From a virus (Duplodnaviria > Caudoviricetes): 26,919 nt of DNA. Below are positions 17,895-26,106 of this stretch, one piece after another (position 1 is the stretch's first letter; the number at the start of each line of letters is the position of its first letter). The notes beneath the pieces were generated by a model that worked only from the letters and a program-made list of their open reading frames with translations, made no database searches and had not been told where the DNA came from. The stretch is from the IMG/VR virus record IMGVR_UViG_3300031519_004846, positions 1 to 26,919 of that record; one strand, 5' to 3'. A program made the position numbers and the translations under genes.

Positions 17895-18308
17895 ATGGCT
17901 TTAAAAAATAAAAGTAGAATACAACATAGAACTGCTAAAGGTAAGGTAGTTGATATGGATATGTTGCGTCAGCGTAACGAACTAACACCAGCAGTTGGAA
18001 ATTCTCGTGTAAATGCACGTGGTGACGAAATTGGTCCAGGTGGAGTAATTGTCCGTACAAGAGAAGAAATTATTAAAGAATACTATGCAAGTACTCCGAG
18101 TTCTGTTCCTGATGAAGTGAGAGCGCCTAAAGCTAAAGAAGCAGAAATGGTAACACCTGAAGCTAAAACAACGGCAGTCCGTTCTCGCGCTCAAAAGAAG
18201 CTAGAAGATGCACCAGTTAATGAACCTACCGCAGCCGAACTTGCTGAGTTTGAAGATTCGGAATGGATCGAAGACGCCGACGGCAACTTTATCCCAAAAG
18301 GTGAATAA
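17895..18308 (+). CDS. Hypothetical protein (basic N-terminal domain, low-complexity acidic tail)
   Basis: Strong SD AGGAGG; GATAAGTA late-like box at 17863-17870; coupled to the groES-like gene. Confidence 0.8.
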   Translation: MALKNKSRIQHRTAKGKVVDMDMLRQRNELTPAVGNSRVNARGDEIGPGGVIVRTREEIIKEYYASTPSSVPDEVRAPKAKEAEMVTPEAKTTAVRSRAQKKLEDAPVNEPTAAELAEFEDSEWIEDADGNFIPKGE

Positions 18309-18715
18309 TGACTGTAAATATTAATTCTGTCAAGGCATCAAAGGTTAGAGCAGTAGGTAACCGTGTACTTGTAACGGATATGCATTTTGGTGAACAAAAG
18401 ACCGCAAGTGGTCTTATTATTAAAAACGACAACGGTACTACTAGAGGCATCTATCCTAGGTGGGCTAAGGTACATGCCAAAGGTCCAGATAACAAAGACG
18501 ACTACGAAGTAGGTCATTGGATCTTAATCGAACATGGTCGTTGGACTAGAGGAATAGCTGTCGAACTATCCGGAGAGCCAATCGAGTTACGTATGGTAGA
18601 TGCAGAATGTATCTTAGGATACTCAATTGAAAAACCTGCAGACAGTGTAGTAATTGGATATGAATACGACGATAAACCTACATCTATTCGAGCAGAAGAT
18701 TTTGGCGCAAACTAA
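18308..18715 (+). CDS. groES: GroES/Cpn10-like co-chaperonin
   Basis: RAVGNRVLV, EQKTASGLII mobile loop, GP...YEVGHWIL. Confidence 0.75.
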   Translation: MTVNINSVKASKVRAVGNRVLVTDMHFGEQKTASGLIIKNDNGTTRGIYPRWAKVHAKGPDNKDDYEVGHWILIEHGRWTRGIAVELSGEPIELRMVDAECILGYSIEKPADSVVIGYEYDDKPTSIRAEDFGAN

Positions 18716-18723
18716 GAGGCATT

Positions 18724-19080
18724 ATGACAAATCCATTTAAAGACGTTGACCTATTTCAAACAGCATGTGATCAAACTCCTAGCATTGACAATTATGTTAT
18801 GTATCTTGATTTAATTACAGAAGAAACAGGCGAACTAGAAGATGCTATTATTGCAGGTGATCGTGTAGAACAACTTGATGCACTTGTAGACATCCTTGTT
18901 GTTACAATTGGTGCTATTAGAGCAGCAGGCTGGGATGGTGAAGCAGCATGGAACGAAGTTATGAAAACTAACTTCCTAAAGATTGATGCAGACACTGGCA
19001 AAGTTCGCAAACGTGCTGACGGAAAAGTCCTCAAACCCGAAGGATGGACTGCTCCACAACTTGCTCAGTTTGTAAAATAA
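18724..19080 (+). CDS. MazG-like / PRA-PH-type nucleotide pyrophosphohydrolase
   Basis: EETGEL, DALVDILVV, EVMKTN and DGKVLKPEGW motifs. Confidence 0.85.
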   Translation: MTNPFKDVDLFQTACDQTPSIDNYVMYLDLITEETGELEDAIIAGDRVEQLDALVDILVVTIGAIRAAGWDGEAAWNEVMKTNFLKIDADTGKVRKRADGKVLKPEGWTAPQLAQFVK

Positions 19081-19081
19081 A

Positions 19082-19714
19082 TTGTCTAGACTTATTGCAT
19101 TTGGTTGTAGTAATACCTATGGACACGGATTAGAAGATTGTATAGTTTTCCCAACACATGCTCCGGGTCCTATAGCAAGCAAGACAGCGTGGCCAAACGC
19201 TCTTGGTAAATTACTCAACGTCAAAGAAGTAATTAACCAAGGCAAGCCAGGTGCTAGTAATAAATTTATTTGGAGAAGAATTTTTGATTTTGAATATCAA
19301 ACTGACGACTTAGTTTTTATAAATTGGTCGCATTTTGATCGACATTGTTACTTTCGAGAATCTCCTGACACGGATTTAACTATCGGACCTTGGATTAAAA
19401 ATAAACCTAACAAAACTTATTTTAAACTATTGTATTCACAGTTAGATAGCAGGTTAGATTTTTTTAATAGAGCAGACCATAGCAGCCGGTATTTAGATTC
19501 ATTAAATATTAAAAACTTTCATACTACGGTGCTATATGACGAAGGACCTAATACCTTACCTATTCCTAAGTGGATGTCTGTTAACTTATTAAAAACAAAC
19601 ATATCAATTATAAGAAACTTACACCCAAAGGCCTTAGACAGAACGCACCCAGGACAATTAGCACATAATCAATTTGCAAATGACTTGTATTTAGAAATAA
19701 AAGATATTCTTTAA
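19082..19714 (+). CDS. SGNH/GDSL-hydrolase-like protein
   Basis: AFGCSNTYG block I, NQGKPGASN, C-terminal DRTHPG; TTG start. Confidence 0.6.
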   Translation: MSRLIAFGCSNTYGHGLEDCIVFPTHAPGPIASKTAWPNALGKLLNVKEVINQGKPGASNKFIWRRIFDFEYQTDDLVFINWSHFDRHCYFRESPDTDLTIGPWIKNKPNKTYFKLLYSQLDSRLDFFNRADHSSRYLDSLNIKNFHTTVLYDEGPNTLPIPKWMSVNLLKTNISIIRNLHPKALDRTHPGQLAHNQFANDLYLEIKDIL

Positions 19715-19721
19715 ATATTAC

Positions 19722-19750
19722 TTGACTCCTTAGTTACTATATGCTACAAT
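19722..19750 (+). promoter_or_regulatory. Sigma70 promoter with extended -10
   Basis: TTGACT (19722-19727), 17 nt, TGc then TACAAT (19745-19750). Confidence 0.7.
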
Positions 19751-19776
19751 GTATATAATAATTAAGGAGTTTTCTT

Positions 19777-19938
19777 ATGAAGTTACCAACACAATTAACA
19801 GGCTTAGGTACTACTGGGTTAACCGGTATTGTGCTTATGACACTACACATTACTGGACCTCTTACAGGATGGGCGTGGCCTATACTGTACATATTCTTAA
19901 TCCTAGCAGGCATAGGTCAAGAGAATAGGAAAATTTAA
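19777..19938 (+). CDS. 53-aa membrane protein (two hydrophobic segments), absent from the ORF track
   Basis: MKLPTQLTGLGTTGLTGIVLMTLHITGPLTGWAWPILYIFLILAGIGQENRKI; SD TAAGGAG; stop 1 nt before the next ATG. Confidence 0.8.
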   Translation: MKLPTQLTGLGTTGLTGIVLMTLHITGPLTGWAWPILYIFLILAGIGQENRKI

Positions 19939-19939
19939 T

Positions 19940-20476
19940 ATGGCTACACACGGCACAATCGACTTAGAGACTATTGATACTAGTCCAAGTGCAACTGTAC
20001 TATCACTAGGTGCAGTTAAATTTAATCCGCTAGACGCAAGCGAACCTCACTCAGAACTTTATCTTAAAATTAGTATCGACGAGCAAGATGCTCTAGGTCG
20101 CACAGCAAGCGACAGCACTATTGAGTGGTGGGGCAAACAAGATCCTAAGATCATGGAAGAAGCATTTGATCAGACTGGTGCAGTTAGTGTAGATGAGGCT
20201 CTACGTCAAATTAGCAAGTGGGTCGTTGGTGTTGATACATTATGGGGACAAGGTTACGGTTTTGACTATACCATACTGGAAGACATGTTCCGCCGCAGCG
20301 GAAAGCCGATTCCGTGGAACTTCTGGATTATACGGGATTCTAGAACACTGTTTGGCTGTTGTCAGACTGATCCACGCAAAGCAATGCAAAGTGATTTGCA
20401 CAATGCATTAGCAGATGCTTACTTTCAATCAAAGGCAATTCAAATTGCATACAAAGAGTTAGGACTAAAAAAATGA
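19940..20476 (+). CDS. DEDDh 3'-5' exonuclease (Rv2179c/RNase AS-like, T4 DexA-like)
   Basis: IDLET, FDYTIL, RDSRT and HNALADA motifs. Confidence 0.85.
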   Translation: MATHGTIDLETIDTSPSATVLSLGAVKFNPLDASEPHSELYLKISIDEQDALGRTASDSTIEWWGKQDPKIMEEAFDQTGAVSVDEALRQISKWVVGVDTLWGQGYGFDYTILEDMFRRSGKPIPWNFWIIRDSRTLFGCCQTDPRKAMQSDLHNALADAYFQSKAIQIAYKELGLKK

Positions 20477-20664
20477 CTATGAATCCAGTAGGCCGGAAAG
20501 TAGACGCCGCATCGCAAAAGTTAATCGACGAGTATCTTGCAAAAGGTGGTAATGTTACTGTTGGTGAAAAATACGCAAGATCTGAAGATATTGGATTTAC
20601 TGGGGGATTTTACGGCAGGCGTAAAAAATCTACCAACAACTTAGATGCACCTAAGGAAGACTAA
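20473..20664 (+). CDS. Small hypothetical protein
   Basis: Overlap-coupled on both sides; IDEYLAKGG motif. Confidence 0.65.
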   Translation: MTMNPVGRKVDAASQKLIDEYLAKGGNVTVGEKYARSEDIGFTGGFYGRRKKSTNNLDAPKED

Positions 20665-20939
20665 TGCCCGGTACACTAAACAAACTACAAGAGCTTATGG
20701 TTCTTACTATGGAAGAATGTGGTGAGCTCGCACAACGCTGTAGTAAAATTATTCGTAAGTTTGAAACACTTGAAGAAGTCACAGAAGAACAACGTGTGCT
20801 ACTACTTGAAGAAGTTGGCGATGTACAGTGCTTGATTGATTTGATGATTGATTGCAAGCTCTTGACAAAAGCAGAAATAGATGCTAGAATAGATACTAAG
20901 CGTAACAAATTAAAGATATGGAGTAAACTAATCAAATGA
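20664..20939 (+). CDS. MazG-like NTP pyrophosphatase domain protein
   Basis: EECGEL...EEVGDV (ExxE...ExxD); SD AAGGA. Confidence 0.75.
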   Translation: MPGTLNKLQELMVLTMEECGELAQRCSKIIRKFETLEEVTEEQRVLLLEEVGDVQCLIDLMIDCKLLTKAEIDARIDTKRNKLKIWSKLIK

Positions 20940-21853
20940 TGAACAATTTATGGGTAGAAAAATATCGACCTAAAACACTTGACGGTTATGTATTCAAGGA
21001 CGCTTCGCAAAAAGAATTAATTCAGAGTTGGATTAAAGAAGGTACAATTCCGCATTTGTTGTTAAGCGGTAGTGCAGGTATTGGTAAAACAACTATTGCT
21101 AAGATTCTTATTAATCAATTAGATGTGCAGAGTACAGATGTATTAGTTGCAAACGGGTCTAAAGAAGGACGTAAAATTGAATGGGTAGACAAACTTATTA
21201 TGTTTTGTCAAACTATGCCGTTTGGTGACTTTAAGATTGTACTAATTGACGAAGCTGATTTTATGAACATTAATAGTGTGCAGCCTGCGTTGCGTAACTT
21301 AATGGAAGAATATTCACACAGTGTACGTTTTATTCTAACTTGTAACTATCCCAACAAAATTATGCCAGCTATTCATAGCCGGTGTCAGCAACTACACTTT
21401 GCTAAAATTGATCAGACAGAGTTTACTGCTCGTGTTGCAGAGATTTTGATCACCGAGGATGTACAGTTTGATCTAGATACTCTAGACAGTTATGTAAAAG
21501 CATACTATCCAGACTTGCGTAAAACCATTAACACTGTACAGCAGAATGCACAAAGCGGCTCGTTAACTAAAACATCGTCAGATACTTCTAGTACAGACTA
21601 TAAAATTGAAATGGTAGATTTGTTTAAAGCAGGTAAGATTACAGAAGCACGTAAACTTATATGCTCGCAAGTAATTCCAGAAGAAATTGGTGAAATTTAT
21701 CGTTGGTTGTACGACAACGTTGAGTTATTCGGAAATACAGAACAACAAGATAGTGCAGTGCTAACTATTAAACAAGGGCTGGTAGATCATGCACTTGTTA
21801 TTGATCCAGAAATTAATCTGGCAGCAACTCTAATTAGATTGGCGAGAATTTAA
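20936..21853 (+). CDS. Sliding-clamp loader ATPase (T4 gp44 / RFC small subunit type)
   Basis: LWVEKYRPKTL, Walker A GSAGIGKTT, Walker B IDEAD, FILTCNY, SRC arginine finger, DLRK. Confidence 0.92.
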   Translation: MMNNLWVEKYRPKTLDGYVFKDASQKELIQSWIKEGTIPHLLLSGSAGIGKTTIAKILINQLDVQSTDVLVANGSKEGRKIEWVDKLIMFCQTMPFGDFKIVLIDEADFMNINSVQPALRNLMEEYSHSVRFILTCNYPNKIMPAIHSRCQQLHFAKIDQTEFTARVAEILITEDVQFDLDTLDSYVKAYYPDLRKTINTVQQNAQSGSLTKTSSDTSSTDYKIEMVDLFKAGKITEARKLICSQVIPEEIGEIYRWLYDNVELFGNTEQQDSAVLTIKQGLVDHALVIDPEINLAATLIRLARI

Positions 21854-22765
21854 TTGACAACAGATGACTTATATGTTTATGTACATATTCCTAGGACAGG
21901 AGGTACATTTTTTATTAACTCGTTACCGAATTATCTATCGAGAGAAAACGATGACTGGTTGAAACATTATCATTATGTTGCTGATTATAGTTCAGGTGAT
22001 TATTTTAAGAAACAAATTCCTAAACTAATGGCACGTACAAAACAGCAACAGTTGCAGTGTAAGTTCCTTACAGGACATAGCATGTTCGGTAATAGTCATA
22101 AATGGTTTAGAGTGCGTAAAACACCTAAAATGATAACAACTATCCGACATCCAGTTAATCGTTTATTAAGTAGTTTTAATTTTAGGCATCAAGCAAGTAT
22201 GTTACTACAGGAAAATGAAGTATTTTCCGCAACAACGCCTGGGTTAAATAGTGATGCTAGACAGCATCAAAAAACTGCATCTGAATACAACTCATTGTGG
22301 GACTTTTATCAAGATAATGTTTTTGAGAGAAATATGCAATGCAAATGGATTATAAAAACATTTGTTAAGTATACTAGAGACGATGGATGGGCGTTACATG
22401 ATGAGTACATTCCCGGTCCAGATGTTCGTGAAGACGAAGAACATATGTCAAAAGACTCGTGGCCTGTTTGGATGTTTTCAGAACATATTCAACCGCCAGG
22501 AACTGATTGGTATGAGATGGCATCAAAGTTCACAGATAAATTTTGGTGGATTGGAAAAATTAATACACTAGAAACTGATATGCAAGATTTTTGTGCGTAT
22601 ACCAATACGAATATGCAGTTAGATGCAGAAAAAAATATTTCATCTAAAATTCAACCTTATTGGACAATAGATGATGTTATGGCACAGCCAGACATTGATA
22701 AACTACTTGAAGCAGAACGCTTCGATTTAAAATTATTTGAACAAACTTATAAGAGGCCGTTTTAA
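21854..22765 (+). CDS. Sulfotransferase-family protein
   Basis: [10 protein letters not shown] (5'-PSB loop) and [12 protein letters not shown] (3'-PB motif); TTG start directly after the upstream stop. Confidence 0.7.
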   Translation: MTTDDLYVYVHIPRTGGTFFINSLPNYLSRENDDWLKHYHYVADYSSGDYFKKQIPKLMARTKQQQLQCKFLTGHSMFGNSHKWFRVRKTPKMITTIRHPVNRLLSSFNFRHQASMLLQENEVFSATTPGLNSDARQHQKTASEYNSLWDFYQDNVFERNMQCKWIIKTFVKYTRDDGWALHDEYIPGPDVREDEEHMSKDSWPVWMFSEHIQPPGTDWYEMASKFTDKFWWIGKINTLETDMQDFCAYTNTNMQLDAEKNISSKIQPYWTIDDVMAQPDIDKLLEAERFDLKLFEQTYKRPF

Positions 22766-23109
22766 TGACTTATATTGTAAATGATAGTTGCATTAAATGC
22801 AAACACATGGACTGCGTTGAAGTATGTCCAGTAGACTGTTTTTACGAAGGTGAAAACATGTTAGTAATTAATCCAGACGAATGTATCGACTGCGGAGTGT
22901 GTGAGCCAGAATGTCCTGCTGATGCTATCCGTCCAGATACATTTGACGGAGCCGATACATGGGTAGAACTTAATAGGAAATATAGTGCAATTTGGCCTGT
23001 TATCACACAGATGCGTCCCGAAGATGTACCGTTAGATGCAGAAGCATGGCACGGCGTTGAAGGTAAACTAGAATATCTTAGCGAGGCTCCGGGCAAAGGT
23101 AGCTATTAA
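22765..23109 (+). CDS. fdxA: Dicluster (7Fe-type) ferredoxin
   Basis: [21 protein letters not shown] and [16 protein letters not shown] plus the FdxA-type C-terminal extension (WPVIT). Confidence 0.92.
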   Translation: MTYIVNDSCIKCKHMDCVEVCPVDCFYEGENMLVINPDECIDCGVCEPECPADAIRPDTFDGADTWVELNRKYSAIWPVITQMRPEDVPLDAEAWHGVEGKLEYLSEAPGKGSY

Positions 23110-23645
23110 TGATAGAACATCAATTTTACGATTTTAATAATTTAATTACAAACAAAGATCGTATTACAATGTGTAACGATGTTCGCACGTTAATAGACAA
23201 CGGTCAGTATTGGAAAAATAGTCCTAAGTTTCAAACTGATGTGCAAGTATTTGGCTTGCCCGGGGAGCAATGGACTAAACTTAAAATGAGTTTTGTATGG
23301 GCATGCTTTGCATTTTTAAAAAAAGAAGTGCAAATTAAAGGTGTACAGAGTTGGAGTTTTATGACTTCAAACAAATATCCTGAGCCTAGGGATATGTTAT
23401 GGCATCACCATCATCACAATAAAGATGTGCAAAGTGTAAGCGGAGTGTACTATTTAAAAGTGCCTGTAAATAAAAAACAGTGTGGAACAGAGTTTGCTCC
23501 AGATGGGCCCGAGCAACCTGCAAGAGTCATGTTGCCTCCAAAAGAAGGCCAATGGGTTATATATAATAGTAGAGAATGGCACAGGCCTGGCGAGTTAATG
23601 AGTGACAAAGATAGATTCATTGTTGCAGCAGACATGATGTATTAG
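23109..23645 (+). CDS. Putative 2OG-Fe(II) oxygenase-like protein
   Basis: WHHHHH...SGVYYL...GTEF...WHRP...RFIVAAD double-stranded beta-helix pattern. Confidence 0.65.
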   Translation: MIEHQFYDFNNLITNKDRITMCNDVRTLIDNGQYWKNSPKFQTDVQVFGLPGEQWTKLKMSFVWACFAFLKKEVQIKGVQSWSFMTSNKYPEPRDMLWHHHHHNKDVQSVSGVYYLKVPVNKKQCGTEFAPDGPEQPARVMLPPKEGQWVIYNSREWHRPGELMSDKDRFIVAADMMY

Positions 23646-23654
23646 GAGATACAA

Positions 23655-24122
23655 ATGATTAGAGCGATTTTAGCATGTGATGAAGAATGGGGTATTGGTA
23701 AGAACGGCGATATGCCGTGGCCGCATAACCGTGCAGACCTACAATGGTTTAAAAAAATGACCTACGGACAAGCAATTGTTATGGGGCGTAATACTTGGAG
23801 TAGTTTGCCTGTTAGACCGTTGCCAGGGCGACAAAACATAGTTGTAAGTACTACAGAAGTAGAAGGTGCAACACATACATTCGGCGAAGGCTTTAAAGGT
23901 CGTATTGTAGATTTAAACTTTGAATTTCCTGTCTGGATTATTGGTGGTGGACAGTTGATCGAACACTGTTTAGATATTATTGACGAGATATGGCTTAGCC
24001 GTATTGAAGGTGAATACGACTGTGATGTTAAACTTCCAGGTACTAAGATTTTAGAGCAGTTTGTACTTGATAGTGCAAGCCCGCAGACTGACATTTATGT
24101 TGAGAAATGGGTTAAGCGATGA
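23655..24122 (+). CDS. folA: Dihydrofolate reductase
   Basis: GIGKNGDMPW, DLQWFK, VMGRNTW, PLPGRQNIVVS and IIGGG motifs. Confidence 0.95.
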   Translation: MIRAILACDEEWGIGKNGDMPWPHNRADLQWFKKMTYGQAIVMGRNTWSSLPVRPLPGRQNIVVSTTEVEGATHTFGEGFKGRIVDLNFEFPVWIIGGGQLIEHCLDIIDEIWLSRIEGEYDCDVKLPGTKILEQFVLDSASPQTDIYVEKWVKR

Positions 24123-24358
24123 ATAAACGTTTTACAGAACTTGCTAAACAAGCAGGACTACAGCAAACTAAATGGGCAGATGCCGATACTGAAGATGAAC
24201 GTGTGCGTATTTGGCAAGAGTCGCTGAACAATCCGGGATCGTTGGAAAAGTTTGCTGAGTTACTTGTTAAAGAATGTGCAGAAACTATTAATGACGGAAC
24301 AAATCCTTCGATATTTTATCAACATCAAATTTTAAGACATTTTGGAGTTGAAGAATGA
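24119..24358 (+). CDS. Hypothetical phage protein
   Basis: Overlap-coupled; ELAKQAG...LEKFAELLVKECA...HFGVEE pattern typical of small phage ORFs. Confidence 0.7.
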   Translation: MNKRFTELAKQAGLQQTKWADADTEDERVRIWQESLNNPGSLEKFAELLVKECAETINDGTNPSIFYQHQILRHFGVEE

Positions 24359-24573
24359 TGTACAGAGCATACATTACACTAAAGCCTGCACAGTTAGATA
24401 TAGCCGGCATTGCAGTTACTGGTGCATTACACAGTTTAGGTTTTACTAATGTAAAGGGTGCCCGTCTTGGCAAGATATTAGAATACAATGCCGATAGCTT
24501 AGAAGAAGCACACGATATTGCTCGATCACAGACTAATGAAATTATGGAAGACTGTAAGGTAGTTGAAGAATGA
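24355..24573 (+). CDS. purS: FGAM synthase subunit PurS-like protein
   Basis: ITLKPAQLDIAGIAVTGALHSLGF...RLGK...NEIMED resembles PurS LK..VLDPQG.AV..AL..LG...R.GK...N.VIE. Confidence 0.7.
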   Translation: MMYRAYITLKPAQLDIAGIAVTGALHSLGFTNVKGARLGKILEYNADSLEEAHDIARSQTNEIMEDCKVVEE

Positions 24574-25412
24574 AACAATATTTAGATGCACTTACACATA
24601 TTTTAGAACAAGGTGAAGATGTTGGCAATCGTACAGGCGTAGGTACACGCAGTGTGTTTGGTTATCAGATGCGTTTTAATCTACAAGACGGATTTCCTGC
24701 TGTTACTACAAAGAAACTTGCTTGGCGTAGTGTTGTAGGTGAGTTGCTGTGGTTCCTAGAAGGTAGCACAGACGAGCGAAGGCTTGCTGAACGCACCTTT
24801 GAAAAGCCTCGTGAGGAACTTACAGACAAGACAACTATTTGGACTGCCAATGCTAATGCACAAGGTAAAGAACTAGGATACGCAGACGGCGAACTTGGAC
24901 CAGTATATGGTTACCAATGGCGTAACTTTAATGGAGTAGATCAAATTGCTGGACTTATTAAAGACATTAAAACAAATCCTAACAGCAGGCGTTTAATTCT
25001 CAGTGCGTGGAATGCTAGCGAAATTGATCGCATGGCACTTCCTCCTTGTCACACACTAAGTCAGTTCCGTGTAATGAATGGCAAACTACACTGCCAGATG
25101 TATCAGCGTAGTGCAGATATGTTCCTTGGTGTGCCGTTTAATATTGCCAGCTATAGTTTGCTTACACATATGCTTGCACAAATTTGCGAACTACAAGTAG
25201 GCGACTTTGTGTGGAGCGGCGGAGACTGTCATATCTATCAAAATCATATGGAACAGGTCAAGCAACAACTTGCTCGCACACCAATGCAGGAACCTCATTT
25301 GCTTATGCCTGCATTTAATACATTGGATGAATTACTTGCTACTAGCACAAGTAGGTACAAACTAATCAATTACACGCCGATGGATAGTATTAAGGCACCC
25401 ATGGCTGTATGA
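24570..25412 (+). CDS. thyA: Thymidylate synthase
   Basis: RTGVGT, ELLWFL, LGPVYGYQWR, SRRL, LPPCH, YQRSAD and PFNIASY motifs. Confidence 0.97.
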   Translation: MKQYLDALTHILEQGEDVGNRTGVGTRSVFGYQMRFNLQDGFPAVTTKKLAWRSVVGELLWFLEGSTDERRLAERTFEKPREELTDKTTIWTANANAQGKELGYADGELGPVYGYQWRNFNGVDQIAGLIKDIKTNPNSRRLILSAWNASEIDRMALPPCHTLSQFRVMNGKLHCQMYQRSADMFLGVPFNIASYSLLTHMLAQICELQVGDFVWSGGDCHIYQNHMEQVKQQLARTPMQEPHLLMPAFNTLDELLATSTSRYKLINYTPMDSIKAPMAV

Positions 25413-25627
25413 TGGGGCACGGTTACTACGGTAATAAAGATCCTAATCAACATAAATTTGAACGTAAGTTTGCTTGGATGCCTGTAGTAACCGGTAGCAA
25501 GAAACGTGTGTGGCTAACACACTATTATATTAGATACACATTTTACGATAGTGACGTTCCTATACACGGGCTTACTTGGGATTATGTTTTTACTAAAAAT
25601 GAATACTTATTGGAATTACTAAGATGA
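25409..25627 (+). CDS. Hypothetical protein
   Basis: ATGA overlaps on both sides; KFAWMPV...VWL pattern. Confidence 0.7.
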   Translation: MMGHGYYGNKDPNQHKFERKFAWMPVVTGSKKRVWLTHYYIRYTFYDSDVPIHGLTWDYVFTKNEYLLELLR

Positions 25628-26079
25628 AACAAAAGTTTATAGATGCTTACATGGACGTTGCGGAACGTTTTGCACAGTTGAGCAGTGCAGTACGATTGCA
25701 AGTGGGCGCAATTGTTGTTAAGGATGACAGAATTATTAGCATTGGCTACAACGGTATGCCTGCTGGTTGGGATAATGTGTGTGAGGAAAAAGTTTATTGG
25801 ATTGACGGTAGTCTTGTAGACGATGCCGGCTATTATGATCTTAAAACTAAGCCAGAGGTTCTTCATGCGGAATCGAACGCAGTGGCAAAGTTAGCTAAAA
25901 GTAGTGAAAGCGGTAACGGTGCAACTATCTTTGTTACCCACGCTCCTTGTATAGACTGTGCTAAACTAATCTATCAAAGCGGAATAAACACTGTGTACTA
26001 TCGTACTGCTTATAGAGATACTAGCGGTGTGGACTTTCTAGCAAAGTCTGATGTTGAGGTCATAAAAATAGGGGACTAA
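25624..26079 (+). CDS. dCMP deaminase
   Basis: VGAIVV, GYNG, HAESNA and PCIDC zinc motifs. Confidence 0.93.
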   Translation: MKQKFIDAYMDVAERFAQLSSAVRLQVGAIVVKDDRIISIGYNGMPAGWDNVCEEKVYWIDGSLVDDAGYYDLKTKPEVLHAESNAVAKLAKSSESGNGATIFVTHAPCIDCAKLIYQSGINTVYYRTAYRDTSGVDFLAKSDVEVIKIGD

Positions 26080-26095
26080 TTAAAGCCCCCTATTT
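26066..26095. terminator. Probable bidirectional terminator hairpin between convergent genes
   Basis: AAATAGGGG (26066-26074) / CCCCTATTT (26087-26095) inverted repeat, T-rich beyond the GC core on both strands. Confidence 0.6.
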
Positions 26096-26106
26096 CTAGC
26101 CTTTAA

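Noticed and set aside
21854-21883. TTGACA at the sulfotransferase start as a promoter -35
   Set aside because: No convincing -10 at 16-18 nt spacing; it coincides with the TTG start codon.
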